DNA of 64,000 nucleotides from Candidatus Thalassarchaeaceae archaeon (GCA_023268715.1 JALRLV010000002.1:18737-82736); one strand, 5' to 3'. Positions 47,070 to 57,212 are shown, numbered from the stretch's first letter. The notes: generated from the letters alone by a model not told the origin. Made by a program: numbers and translations.

Positions 47070-47711
47070 TCAAGGATATTTTCCTTTTCTATATGCACGA
47101 GTCTGGTCAAGGCCTGGAAATCGATCTTCCGATTCTCGATATACGGTTTTCATATTATTGAGGAAGTTATTATCGTCGGTAACGATTAGCACTTGGTCGA
47201 CACCTGGGTCTTCCCCTTCATCCATCCATGCTAGTACTATTTCCATAGTCATCCTAGCTCCTTCGCGATGTGGATATGCGAAGACGTCCATACTAATTGG
47301 AGGCATAACTAGTGTCTTCCTTTTCTTCACCTTTTCAATCTGCTCAAACATCGATACGTATGATTGCTTCAACAAATCTCGTCTAAAATTATCTTGAGTT
47401 GGGCGGCGGCAATCTGGTCCAACAACATGGACTATATTCTCAAATGGCAAATTAAATCCAGGTGAAGTTACTGCTTCTCCAACTCCGCATGGTTGCAAAT
47501 TTTCCTTTCGCCTTTCCACTGCGATTCCATGACAGAACTCTCGAAGTTCAGGCCCAGCCTTTTGCTGTATCTTTTCATCCAAACCTTCTCTTCCCGCGAG
47601 GCGATTATTGGCGGTTGTAACTATAAGATCCCCTTCTACTCGTAGAATGTTACCATACAGGACTCGGACATCACCATATTGGCATTGTCGGACAATGACA
47701 GTCTCCGCCAT
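47070..47711 (-). CDS. Macro-domain protein (ADP-ribose binding/processing)
   Basis: LIVTTANNRLAGREGLDEKIQQKAGPEL and GEAVTSPGFNLPFENIVHVVGPD match macro-domain conserved blocks (NAAN...G-x-G ... G-x-A-x-T). Confidence 0.7.
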   Translation of the reverse strand: MAETVIVRQCQYGDVRVLYGNILRVEGDLIVTTANNRLAGREGLDEKIQQKAGPELREFCHGIAVERRKENLQPCGVGEAVTSPGFNLPFENIVHVVGPDCRRPTQDNFRRDLLKQSYVSMFEQIEKVKKRKTLVMPPISMDVFAYPHREGARMTMEIVLAWMDEGEDPGVDQVLIVTDDNNFLNNMKTVYRESEDRFPGLDQTRAYRKGKYP

Positions 47712-47802
47712 ACAAGTGTGAGATGAGGCCGTCCGCTTTCACCTCTTCGTCTGCCAATTCCCTAATTTCCCTACCGACAAAGGGTTCATTCCCTCTAAGC
47801 CC

Positions 47803-48051
47803 TTGCATCAAAACACAATGTCAGTCGGGTATGTACTAATCAATGTCGAACCAGGTTCCGAATACGAGGTTTTCAATAAGGCCTCGGAATTACCTTTTGT
47901 GGTTGATGCCAATCTATTATTCGGAGACCACGATTTAATCCTCAAAATAGAGGCAGAAAATATGGGTTTAATTGCACGATTGGTAGTAGAAAACATACGC
48001 TCAATTGACGGTGTTCTAAACACAAAGACCCTTGCTTGTGCAGAATTGTGA
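47803..48051 (+). CDS. Stand-alone AsnC/Lrp-type RAM (ligand-binding) domain protein
   Basis: An 80-aa beta-alpha-beta-beta-alpha-beta-like sequence (YVLINVEPGSEYEVFNKASELPFVVDANLLFGDHDLILKIEAENM) resembling the AsnC C-terminal domain. No HTH. A T-rich run follows the stop. Confidence 0.5.
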   Translation: MHQNTMSVGYVLINVEPGSEYEVFNKASELPFVVDANLLFGDHDLILKIEAENMGLIARLVVENIRSIDGVLNTKTLACAEL

Positions 48052-48181
48052 GTTATTTTTTCGTACAAGAAAGCATCCTGAATTTACCCAAAAGGTGCCC
48101 ACTGCCGCGCAGTAATGCGATTATTCGCCTCAAACTTCATAATCTCCCCGAGTCGCCGCGTTTGCGGAGGTGGATAATTCA

Positions 48182-48442
48182 ATGTCTAAGAAATACTTCG
48201 TGTTGATGGAAGGCGGAAAGGATACTGCTCAGGTGTTTGTAAGCAAGCAACCACGCGGCGCCGCACTAAAAGCAGCTACACGTGGTCACACCGATATTCA
48301 GCTGCGCGAGCGCGGTACGAACAAGGTGCACATGTTCACAGGCTCGACCGCGATGGTCCCTAAGCCTGCGAATGGGCCAGCATGGCTTCCTGATAAGATC
48401 AAGAAAGCCAACGTCAAGAAGAATGGCATAAAGCACCTCTGA
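48182..48442 (+). CDS. Chromosomal protein MC1
   Basis: ATG at 48182 follows GGAGG. SKQPRGAALKAATRG...IQLRERGTNKVHMF...VPKPANGPAWLPDKIKKANVKK aligns with Methanosarcina MC1 (GKQPRQAALKAANRG...LRERGTKKVHVF...APKNRPAWMPEKISKPFVKK), quoted from memory. Confidence 0.8.
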   Translation: MSKKYFVLMEGGKDTAQVFVSKQPRGAALKAATRGHTDIQLRERGTNKVHMFTGSTAMVPKPANGPAWLPDKIKKANVKKNGIKHL

Positions 48443-48470
48443 TTAACTCAGAGTGCACTGACTTACGTAA

Positions 48471-48507
48471 ACCCGTCCGCGATGCCCTAGAGGATGCGCG
48501 GACGGGT
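48471..48507. terminator. Bidirectional stem-loop between convergent MC1 and sdhB
   Basis: acccgtccgcg / 15-nt loop / cgcggacgggt is a perfect 11-bp stem, followed by a T-rich run (tgatttcaattatttctt). Confidence 0.5.
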
Positions 48508-48515
48508 GATTTCAA

Positions 48516-49286
48516 TTATTTCTTAATCCCCAACTTTCGAGCAATCATTGCCAATGGGTCATAATATTCTGTAACTACCCTTTCTTTCAGGGGTATGATT
48601 GCGTTATCTGTGATATTAATTCCAGCAGGACATACCTCTGTACAACACTTTGTGATGTTACAATATCCTATTCCGAAGTCTTCCTTGATTTCGGGAATAC
48701 GATTTTCAGTGTCCAAAGGATGCATTTCCAAACCCGCTAATCTAACGAAGAACCTCGGGCCAGCGAATTCGTCAAACTTCTGGTGCTCCCGAAGAACGTG
48801 ACAAGTGTTGACACAGAGCATACACTCAATACAGGCTCTGAATTCCTGTATGCGATCCGCTTCTTCTTGTTTGAATTCCCAATCGAGTTCTTCAGGTCCA
48901 TTAACTGGAACCATTTTCTTGTTCATTTCATATGCCCAAGACAAATCGGTAACGAGGTCCTTGGTTATTGGAAAAGCCTGCATAGGCTTGACCGTCACGG
49001 GTTTTCCTTCAGGAGTCTCTTCCATGATATCCTCCATTCGTGTCATACACATCAATCGAGGCATTCCGTTGACTTCCGCGCTACAAGAGCCACATTTCCC
49101 GGCTTTGCAGTTCCATCTACATGATAGGTCAGGAGCATGTTCTGCCTGAATACGATGTATGACATCTAGTACAACCATACCCTCATCCATTTCGACGGTA
49201 TAGTCAACCATCTTCCCGAGAGCTTCTCCATGGGAATCTCCAACCCCGCGGAATACTCTGAAGGTAACTTCCTTTGACATCCTCAA
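48516..49286 (-). CDS. sdhB: Succinate dehydrogenase/fumarate reductase iron-sulfur subunit
   Basis: 2Fe-2S motif C-x4-C-x2-C...C (CRWNCKAGKCGSCSAEVNG), 4Fe-4S motif CIECMLCVNTC and 3Fe-4S motif CTEVCPAGI. Confidence 0.9.
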   Translation of the reverse strand: MRMSKEVTFRVFRGVGDSHGEALGKMVDYTVEMDEGMVVLDVIHRIQAEHAPDLSCRWNCKAGKCGSCSAEVNGMPRLMCMTRMEDIMEETPEGKPVTVKPMQAFPITKDLVTDLSWAYEMNKKMVPVNGPEELDWEFKQEEADRIQEFRACIECMLCVNTCHVLREHQKFDEFAGPRFFVRLAGLEMHPLDTENRIPEIKEDFGIGYCNITKCCTEVCPAGINITDNAIIPLKERVVTEYYDPLAMIARKLGIKK

Positions 49287-51133
49287 TCCTCCTCCTCGTG
49301 TAAGTCATCTGCATCTAGTAGTGCTTTGAATTCTTCATCTATCGGTGGGTAGGTTGTATGTTCTATTTTCATTGAACCATCTTCGGAGAGAGAAATTACA
49401 CTATTCACCTTGCCCCAATGGCTGTGATCTGGAACAGGGAAATCATCTCTAGTGTGTCCTCCGCGAGATTCTTCCCGTTCTAGCGCGGCTAAGGCACACA
49501 TGCGAGATACATCAATCATAGCACCCAATTCTAGAGCTTGATGCCAACCCGGATTGTATATTCTTGATCCTCCAGGGCTAGTAATCGCTGCACGGGCCTC
49601 AAGTTCGTCCAAATCTTTGAGAGCTTCTTGCAACAATTTGCCGGTTCGTATGATTCCGACTTTTTCTTGCATCATTTCCCGTAGATCTTCTACAACGGCA
49701 GCAGGATTTTCTCCACCTTCCCTTGAGAACGGTGCGAGAGTTTCAAAAATTACATCAGCGATTTCATCTTCTGGTATGTCTGCAAATCCATCTATTCCAG
49801 CTGCTCTGGAAGCAGCGCTCTCTCCGGCAATCTTGCCGAATACGATAAGGTCGCTTAGGGAATTTCCTCCAAGTCGATTTGCGCCATGCAGGCCAGTAGC
49901 CGCTTCTCCGGCAGCATAGAGTCCAGAAACAGTTGATTCTTGGGATTCAGGATCGACTTTGACTCCTCCCATGACATAGTGAGCAGTTGGTCCGACTTCC
50001 ATCTTGGTTGTGGTGATATCAACCGCAGCCAATTCCTTGAATTGATGATACATTCCTGGAAGTTTCTTCTTAATATCTTCTGGACTTCTCCATGAGATGT
50101 CTAAGTAAGCACCCCCATGTTCACTTGCTCTACCTGCATCACGCTCTGAGTTGATTGCCTTAGCGACAACATCTCTAGTCAGTAATTCCGGAGGTCTTCT
50201 CTTGGTAGCCAACTTTCCAGAAATAACTTCGTCAACCCATTCTAGAGCCTCTTTTTCGGTATCTGCGAACTCATCGGCATACATTTGAGGGATGTAATCG
50301 AACATGAATCTCTTTCCCTCTGAGTTGGTGAGCATTCCACCTTCACCACGGACTCCCTCTGTAACTAGAATTCCTTTCACGCTCGGTGGCCAAATCATCC
50401 CGGTTGGATGGAATTGAACAAACTCCATATCTCCAATTTCTGCTCCAGCCCAATATGCTAGAGCGTGACCTTCGCCGGTATATTCCCAAGAGCCGGAACA
50501 AACCGCCCAGCAACGAGTAATTCCTCCGGTTGCTAGAACGATTGATTTGGCCTTGAACAAATGGAGCGAACCATCGTTTCTATCATACGCAAAACAGCCT
50601 GTAACCTCGCCGTCTTTAGTGAATAATCTTCGAACTGTGTATTCCATGAATACGTCCATTCCCATGTGTACTCCCTTTTCTTGTAATGTGCGAATTAACT
50701 CCAGTCCAGTAGCATCACCAATGTGTGCTAGTCTAGGATAGGTGTGGCCACCGAAGTTTCTCTGACTTGTCAAGCCCTTCGGAGTTCTATCGAAGATGGC
50801 GCCCCAAGTCTCAAGCTCACGGATTCTATCAGGTGCTTGCTGAGCATGGATAACCGCCATTCTCCAATCATTGAGGTACTTCCCTCCCTTCATGGTGTCT
50901 CGGAAGTGAACCTTCCAACTATCTCGAGGATCCTTGTTTGCAAGGGCTGCCGCAGCACCTCCCTCAGCCATTACTGTGTGTGCTTTGCCTAGCATAGATT
51001 TGCAGACAAGAGCAACGCTTGCACCTTCTTGACTGGCGGCGATTGCAGCCCTCAAGCCAGCACCTCCCGCACCTATGACAAGAACATCGTGCTCATGGGT
51101 GGTGTAGGTCTCATCAGAGATATCGTAGCGCAT
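49283..51133 (-). CDS. sdhA: Succinate dehydrogenase/fumarate reductase flavoprotein subunit
   Basis: FAD-binding VLVIGAGGAGLRAA, the HTVMAEGG covalent-FAD His region, and active-site motifs (RLGGNSLSDLIVFG). Confidence 0.9.
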   Translation of the reverse strand: MRYDISDETYTTHEHDVLVIGAGGAGLRAAIAASQEGASVALVCKSMLGKAHTVMAEGGAAAALANKDPRDSWKVHFRDTMKGGKYLNDWRMAVIHAQQAPDRIRELETWGAIFDRTPKGLTSQRNFGGHTYPRLAHIGDATGLELIRTLQEKGVHMGMDVFMEYTVRRLFTKDGEVTGCFAYDRNDGSLHLFKAKSIVLATGGITRCWAVCSGSWEYTGEGHALAYWAGAEIGDMEFVQFHPTGMIWPPSVKGILVTEGVRGEGGMLTNSEGKRFMFDYIPQMYADEFADTEKEALEWVDEVISGKLATKRRPPELLTRDVVAKAINSERDAGRASEHGGAYLDISWRSPEDIKKKLPGMYHQFKELAAVDITTTKMEVGPTAHYVMGGVKVDPESQESTVSGLYAAGEAATGLHGANRLGGNSLSDLIVFGKIAGESAASRAAGIDGFADIPEDEIADVIFETLAPFSREGGENPAAVVEDLREMMQEKVGIIRTGKLLQEALKDLDELEARAAITSPGGSRIYNPGWHQALELGAMIDVSRMCALAALEREESRGGHTRDDFPVPDHSHWGKVNSVISLSEDGSMKIEHTTYPPIDEEFKALLDADDLHEEED

Positions 51134-52006
51134 TCACAAACCTCCCCAAATTATCATATCATTCCAGCCAAAGAATGGGTCCGTACATGCATAGATGTAA
51201 AAGTCAGCAAACATTACCCAGAACAGAGAATATAGAGCCCATTCTTTATGTTGCTCGTTTAGTTTAGTGGATAATTTCCAGAGTTTGTATTTCATTCGAT
51301 TCATTGGCGTAGAAGTCCAATCTTGCGAGCCTCCCCCGACAACATGTCTGAACGCATGGCATCCGAATGTATACCCGGTAAGCATGATTACGTTGACTAG
51401 GAGAATTAGGCTACCAACTGTTACTCCGTAAGCATGAGCGTCGCCTTCGTGGAAATTTACTGCCATCCAAACATCAAACGAAAGTAGCGGAAGATAGGCG
51501 AGCATGACGTACATGAAATAACGATGTAGATTTTGTACGACTAGTATTCCAGTTTCTCCCGAATATTCATCCCAAGGTTTTGACACTGCACAACCGGTTG
51601 GTTGAGCCATGAAAGCACGATAGTATGCCTTTCGATAATAGTAGCATGTAGCACGGAATCCAGCGGGAAAAATTAGGATGAACATCGCTGGACTTAGCCA
51701 CTGAAGTTGTTGAGGCACCCAAGATTGCTCTCCTGGTACAATCAGAGGTGAATAAAGAGGACTGAGTACATGAGATCCTGTGTCTTCAATTGCCATAGTT
51801 CCAGCGCCGTGTCCAACCCCCGCTGAAAGTCCGAAATCTGAGAAAATCCAAAAGTCAGCTTCCATGAATCCTCTCCATGTTGCATAGAGTATCATAAATC
51901 CCAGATATGCGGCCATGGCCGTGGGTCCTTTCCACCATTTGTCGACTCTATCTGTTGCTCCAAATCCCTTCTTCATCGGGAGTGGGAAAGTGATGCCCTG
52001 ACTCAT
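51134..52006 (-). CDS. sdhC: Succinate dehydrogenase membrane anchor / cytochrome b subunit (single large anchor)
   Basis: Start taken at the internal ATG (52006), preceded by AGGTG. The first ATG at 52099 has no Shine-Dalgarno sequence. Five or six TM helices carry conserved His residues, and it sits immediately upstream of sdhA. Confidence 0.55.
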   Translation of the reverse strand: MSQGITFPLPMKKGFGATDRVDKWWKGPTAMAAYLGFMILYATWRGFMEADFWIFSDFGLSAGVGHGAGTMAIEDTGSHVLSPLYSPLIVPGEQSWVPQQLQWLSPAMFILIFPAGFRATCYYYRKAYYRAFMAQPTGCAVSKPWDEYSGETGILVVQNLHRYFMYVMLAYLPLLSFDVWMAVNFHEGDAHAYGVTVGSLILLVNVIMLTGYTFGCHAFRHVVGGGSQDWTSTPMNRMKYKLWKLSTKLNEQHKEWALYSLFWVMFADFYIYACTDPFFGWNDMIIWGGL

Positions 52007-52390
52007 CTCCGCACCTGATGGCCTAAACGCGCAGTCCGACAGCAATAAGTAATTGCATTCCACCAGTTCAAGAGTCTCTTGCGAATGTTGAAAATCCATA
52101 GGTTCAATACGCCCTTCCCTGCTGGCTAATTGAGGGATTTAGCCGGATGATTGACGATTTAACCAGTTCTATTTGTCTGAATTGTGGATATATGCCAGGG
52201 GCATTCATGCCAGGTCTACCTTGCCCTGAATGTGGAGAGACAATTTTTCCTTAAAACTCTAGATTACAAAACACTCCTTCAAATGTGTGATACCCAACAA
52301 GGTATTATGGACGCAATGACATGTTTGCTGGTCTCTGACCCAAAAAGGAGAATGAAACGCTCTTCTGGATTGAAGAGAGGCTTACTCTGA

Positions 52391-52948
52391 TTACCAAGGG
52401 AATTTCCAAACCCACAGTATTCCATCGTTTATGATTACTTGAATTCCAAGCATAGAAGCCCCAATTAGCGGCACTATCGAACTTCCGGATGCATCGCTTT
52501 GCCAAGCACTCCAGCTAAACAAAATTAGGAGCAAGTTTCCAGTCACGACAAGCCAGAGGCAACCGATAACTAACCACTGGGACCAAAGTGTATCCACCCG
52601 TATGTGGAAGGAAGTTAACTCGAGCCAAAACATTGAGGGAATTAGAACTAATAAGAATGCAATCAATAGTCTCTGATTTCCACCTTCAGAAACCTCTCCA
52701 CTCCATGGCCAGCCTACACCTTCAACAACAGAAGCTTCCCATCCGAAAAGAAGTTGTTGAAAAACGATAAGGAATCCAATAGCTGAGATGAACATACAGG
52801 TGACATTTAGGGTTCTCCAAGATTCAGGGATACCGCCCCAAAGTGCCATCGGATCATCAGCCCTTCGTAATCCTATGACGTAGGATGCAAGTACCATTGG
52901 TCCGAGAACAAAGACAACTGTACGTACAAATTCTCTTGAAATTTCCAA
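52391..52948 (-). CDS. Polytopic membrane protein, hypothetical
   Basis: Five or six TMs. The start is a TTG with an excellent Shine-Dalgarno sequence (AGGAGGT 8 nt upstream). It lies between the ALDH gene and the sdh operon on the same strand. Confidence 0.4.
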   Translation of the reverse strand: MEISREFVRTVVFVLGPMVLASYVIGLRRADDPMALWGGIPESWRTLNVTCMFISAIGFLIVFQQLLFGWEASVVEGVGWPWSGEVSEGGNQRLLIAFLLVLIPSMFWLELTSFHIRVDTLWSQWLVIGCLWLVVTGNLLLILFSWSAWQSDASGSSIVPLIGASMLGIQVIINDGILWVWKFPW

Positions 52949-52963
52949 CCTAATTACCTCCTA

Positions 52964-54592
52964 TTAAGCGAGGGAGCCGTAATCTGCGTCGGCCTCTTCC
53001 ATCTCAATTTCGTCAACATCCATTTGAGCAAGTTGTAACTTTCCAGACAATTCATCGTTTACTGCATGCCAGTACGAGTATGCTTCAATTACCCAAATTC
53101 CGGACTCACGAGTTCCATTTCCGCTACCCTTGACCCCCCCGAATGGTAGGTGGGCTTCAGCTCCAGTTGTCGAGTTGTTGATTCCAGTCATACCGGCCTT
53201 GATGCCCGTTTTGTATCGATAGGCCTCGAGTCTATCATTGGTGTAAATTGCAGAGGACAACCCATAGGGTGAAGCATTTGCAAGATGCAATGCATGATCG
53301 AAATCTCGGGCCTTGACAATAGTTACCAGTGGCCCGAAAATCTCTTCGTGGAAACATTCCATATCTTCTGTGACATCTACATAGACATGAGGCCATATGT
53401 AGATGCCTTCGCTAGCATCTCCTTGGAAAGTATCTGGCTTGTTGTCATTTGTAATTCGCCCTTCACCCCATATTTTCTTGGCACCGCTATTTTCACACAT
53501 CTCGACACCTTTCATGAAATCAACTGCGTATCTCTCGGATAGCATTGGGCCATACAGCACTCCATCATGACGCATCGAATCACCAATAGAAGTGGATTTC
53601 ACCTTCTCCATTAATCGTTCAACAAACTCATCATAGATATCTTCGTGAATAATCAAATTCCCTAGGCTTGTACAACGCTGTCCGGCAGTTCCGAAACCGG
53701 CCCAGTAGGCACCCTCGACAGCATTTTCCATATTAGCTGAAGGCATGATTACAAGCGGATTCTTTCCTCCTAATTCTAGGGAAGCGCTAACAAGATTACG
53801 ACCACAAGTTTCTCCAATCATCTTACCGACTGCTGTACTACCTGTGAATGAAATTTTGTCTACCATCCCTAAATCGGCTGAATCTACCAGAGCTTGACCT
53901 GCTCCGCTACCATTCCCGTGTACCAGATTAATTACACCATCAGGCAATCCTGCTTCGTGCATTACACGCGCAAGTGCGAAAGAAAGTAGGGGTGAGTCTT
54001 GAGGGGACTTCCACACACAGGTATTGCCGCACATAATTGCTGGAATCATCTTCCAGAACGGGACTGCTGAAGGGAAGTTACAAGAATTGATTATTCCACA
54101 AACCCCTAATGGTCTACGGTAGGTAAACAACTCTTTGTTCGGTAACTCTGAGTTGACAGTTTGACCATAGAGTCTGCGACCCTCTGATTGGAAAAAGAGA
54201 CATGTGTCAATAGCCTCTTGAATTTCACCACCACATTCTTTCAGAGTCTTACCAATTTCACGAGCTTGTAGGCGAACAAGATCGTCTTTATGCTCCATCA
54301 ATAATCTACCCATGTTGCCAATAACTTGCCCGCGAGTTGGAGCAGGGGTTGCAGCCCAATCGGGGAATGCTGAACGAGCTGCTCTCAAAGCGTCGTGCAC
54401 ATCTTCTTTGGTTGAAAGGGGGAACTCTCCGAGGCAATCATCTAACCATGCAGGGTTTGTGCTTTCGTAAGTCCCGCCATCGCTAGCCAAAGTTAGTTCA
54501 CCGTTGATAATATTGTAACCCCTAATCTTTGGCGATCCATTGGGGTTATTTGCTTCCATGTATTCGAATCCAGTCTCGAGAACGTGGGTCAT
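52964..54592 (-). CDS. NAD(P)+-dependent aldehyde dehydrogenase family protein
   Basis: FTGSTAVGKMI, LELGGKNP, catalytic Cys region GQRCTS, and EAHLPFGGVKGSGNG. Confidence 0.85.
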   Translation of the reverse strand: MTHVLETGFEYMEANNPNGSPKIRGYNIINGELTLASDGGTYESTNPAWLDDCLGEFPLSTKEDVHDALRAARSAFPDWAATPAPTRGQVIGNMGRLLMEHKDDLVRLQAREIGKTLKECGGEIQEAIDTCLFFQSEGRRLYGQTVNSELPNKELFTYRRPLGVCGIINSCNFPSAVPFWKMIPAIMCGNTCVWKSPQDSPLLSFALARVMHEAGLPDGVINLVHGNGSGAGQALVDSADLGMVDKISFTGSTAVGKMIGETCGRNLVSASLELGGKNPLVIMPSANMENAVEGAYWAGFGTAGQRCTSLGNLIIHEDIYDEFVERLMEKVKSTSIGDSMRHDGVLYGPMLSERYAVDFMKGVEMCENSGAKKIWGEGRITNDNKPDTFQGDASEGIYIWPHVYVDVTEDMECFHEEIFGPLVTIVKARDFDHALHLANASPYGLSSAIYTNDRLEAYRYKTGIKAGMTGINNSTTGAEAHLPFGGVKGSGNGTRESGIWVIEAYSYWHAVNDELSGKLQLAQMDVDEIEMEEADADYGSLA

Positions 54593-54734
54593 GCTTCGTG
54601 CGAAGCGAATAGTAGCAATGAAACCACCGCATCGCTATTTGTGATTCCGATAATTGAATTGCCAGATTTGACAATTCTCGATTGGGGGGTTTAACTACCT
54701 CCGATGTTGACAAGGTGCTACAAGGAGGGGTAAT

Positions 54735-56960
54735 ATGGCAGAGGAATCTGACAAAGAATTGAAACTTAGAGTAGCCAAAGCAATCCCAAGCGACGTCGGT
54801 CATGGCAGAGCAAGAGTGCCATTTGACAACGAATTGAACCTAAAACCCGGCGATATAATCGAGATTGAGGGTGAACGTTCTACCGCCGCAATCGTTTGGA
54901 GGTGCAGACCTGAAGATGCGAACCTTGGAGTTATTCGAATTGACGGAATTATCCGAAAAAATGCAAGTGTTTCTCTCGGCGATCGAGTTACGGTAAGGAA
55001 AGTCGAAGCTCAGCCATGTACGCGACTCGTACTAAGTCCAGTTATGGCTAAGCAACAGAAGGTTAGATTTGGACCTGGAATTGAAGGATTTGCCCGTCGT
55101 GGACTAAACAAGAGACCAGTGGTTTCAGGCGATAGAATATTCATTCCTGGAATGACTCTGTTTGCTGAAGCATTACCATTCCAGATTGTCCAAACTAGCC
55201 CAAAGGGAACAGTTCAGGTTTTGCCAGACACTGAGATAATCATCAAGGAAGAAGCAGTTGATGAGGATGAAGATGCCGAGATATCAAGTATCACTTACGA
55301 GGATATTGGAGGCATTGGAGATCAATTGCAAAAAGTTCGTGAGATGATTGAACTTCCATTGAAACACCCCGTTCTATTCCGCAGACTTGGGATTGACCCT
55401 CCGAGAGGTGTTCTATTACACGGCCCACCTGGTACCGGTAAGACTCTGATTGCGAAAGCAGTTGCATCTGAAACACAGGCACATTTTACTTCGATAAATG
55501 GGCCTGAAATAATTTCGAAATATTATGGAGAGAGTGAAAAACAACTGCGGGAGATATTCGACGAAGCCACCGCCAATGCCCCCGCAATCATATTCATCGA
55601 TGAATTGGATTCAATCGCTCCAAAGCGTGAAGACGTCTCAGGTGAGGTTGAACGCAGAGTTGTCGCACAACTTCTCACACTTCTAGATGGAATGCAGGGA
55701 CGTGACAATGTTGTTGTAATCGGTGCAACAAATCGACGCGACGCAATAGATCCTGCTTTGAGGCGCCCAGGTCGATTTGACAGGGAATTGGAAATTGGTG
55801 TTCCTGACAAAAATGGTCGAGAGGAGATCATCAACATACATACCAGAGGTATGCCAATAAGTGATGATTTCGACATGGATTGGTTACTGGATAATTCCTA
55901 TGGATTCGTCGGCGCAGATATCTCTGCCTTGGTCCGAGAAGCGGCCATGAAGGCCTTACGTCGCTACTTGCCAGAAATCGATTTGGACGAGGAACAGATA
56001 CCTGCCGAAGTCCTAGAAAAGATGGAAGTAAAAATGATTGATTTCCGTGAGGCAATCAAGGAGATTGAACCAAGCGCTCTGCGTGAAATCTACGTAGAGG
56101 TTCCTGAGGTATCTTGGGAACAAGTTGGAGGCTTAGAAGAAGTCAAGGAGCGCTTGAAAGAAAGTATCGAATGGCCACTAACTCAGCCCGAGATGTTCGA
56201 ACATTTCGGAATCAATCCACCTCGTGGAATCGTACTATTTGGAGCCCCTGGTACTGGAAAAACATTGATTGCTAAGGCAATTGCCAACGAGGCTAAAGCT
56301 AATTTCATATCAATCAAAGGTCCTGAAATGGTATCCAAATGGGTCGGCGAATCAGAAAGAGCGGTACGAGAGGTCTTCAAGAAGGCCAAACAATCCAGCC
56401 CTTCGATAATTTTCCTAGATGAATTTGAGAGTATTGCTGGGGTTAGGCGCAATATGTCAGGTGAAGGTTCAGATGTGATGAATAGAGTTGTCAATCAATT
56501 ACTATCCAGCATGGATGGTGTAGAAACAATGGAGGGTGTAATCGTAGTTGCTGCGACAAACCGACCAGAGATGATTGACCCTGCTCTTCTCAGAAGTGGT
56601 CGCTTCGAGAGAGTATTACACATTCCTCCACCTGATGCAGACTCACGAAAGCAGATACTCCGCATTCACACCAAAGATATGCCATTAGGTAAATTCTCCC
56701 TCGATGAATTAGCCGGCCAACTTGATAATTACACTGGGGCCGATATCGAATCTATTTGTCGAGAGGCAGCATTAATCTCTATGCGAGCCGGTAAGAAATC
56801 AGTCTCGAAGAAATCGTTTGAGGAAGCAATCGCTAGAGTTAGACCTACAATTACCGATGAGATGATGGAGTACTACGGTCGCATGGAAGGTATGCTAACC
56901 AGTGGTCTCGAATCGGTGCGACGCCGACCGGACACACTTTCCGGAATCGAAGCAGTTTGA
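54735..56960 (+). CDS. cdc48: CDC48/VCP-like AAA+ ATPase (N domain plus two AAA modules)
   Basis: N-terminal double-psi barrel ([17 protein letters not shown]), Walker A in D1 (GPPGTGKT) and D2 (GAPGTGKT), Walker B DELD/DEFE, and second-region-of-homology arginines. An AGGAGGGG Shine-Dalgarno sequence precedes the start. Confidence 0.9.
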   Translation: MAEESDKELKLRVAKAIPSDVGHGRARVPFDNELNLKPGDIIEIEGERSTAAIVWRCRPEDANLGVIRIDGIIRKNASVSLGDRVTVRKVEAQPCTRLVLSPVMAKQQKVRFGPGIEGFARRGLNKRPVVSGDRIFIPGMTLFAEALPFQIVQTSPKGTVQVLPDTEIIIKEEAVDEDEDAEISSITYEDIGGIGDQLQKVREMIELPLKHPVLFRRLGIDPPRGVLLHGPPGTGKTLIAKAVASETQAHFTSINGPEIISKYYGESEKQLREIFDEATANAPAIIFIDELDSIAPKREDVSGEVERRVVAQLLTLLDGMQGRDNVVVIGATNRRDAIDPALRRPGRFDRELEIGVPDKNGREEIINIHTRGMPISDDFDMDWLLDNSYGFVGADISALVREAAMKALRRYLPEIDLDEEQIPAEVLEKMEVKMIDFREAIKEIEPSALREIYVEVPEVSWEQVGGLEEVKERLKESIEWPLTQPEMFEHFGINPPRGIVLFGAPGTGKTLIAKAIANEAKANFISIKGPEMVSKWVGESERAVREVFKKAKQSSPSIIFLDEFESIAGVRRNMSGEGSDVMNRVVNQLLSSMDGVETMEGVIVVAATNRPEMIDPALLRSGRFERVLHIPPPDADSRKQILRIHTKDMPLGKFSLDELAGQLDNYTGADIESICREAALISMRAGKKSVSKKSFEEAIARVRPTITDEMMEYYGRMEGMLTSGLESVRRRPDTLSGIEAV

Positions 56961-56969
56961 GGTGGAAAA

Positions 56970-57212
56970 ATGCCGACGACTTTCGGCCGAGAAATTCTTG
57001 GACGAAATGTCGTCGATCAAGCATCTGACAAGCTTGGAATTCTAGCAGATTTTAGAATCGATATGTCTAGTGGACGAATCACTGCTCTACTGGTAGCTCT
57101 CGAGAATGACTTGGATCCAGCAATGCTACCATGGCCGACCGTAGAAGGCCTACTCTCAGTTCCAGTTGAAGAGATTGCAGAGGTCGGAGTGAATATCCAA
57201 CTTGCCCGTTGA
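56970..57212 (+). CDS. Small PRC-barrel-like protein, translationally coupled to cdc48
   Basis: An 80-aa beta-rich protein (ILGRNVVDQASDKLGILADFRIDMSSGRITALLVAL) that looks like a PRC barrel. It starts 9 nt after the cdc48 stop, with a GAGGTGGA Shine-Dalgarno sequence. Confidence 0.45.
   Translation: MPTTFGREILGRNVVDQASDKLGILADFRIDMSSGRITALLVALENDLDPAMLPWPTVEGLLSVPVEEIAEVGVNIQLAR

Noticed and set aside
52184-52390. 68-aa ORF plus a 20-aa CPEC-containing mini-ORF (MPGAFMPGLPCPECGETIFP at 52193) in the sdh upstream gap
   Set aside because: There is no ribosome-binding site or recognisable fold. A single CxxC is insufficient for a zinc ribbon. The region is treated as non-coding regulatory sequence instead.
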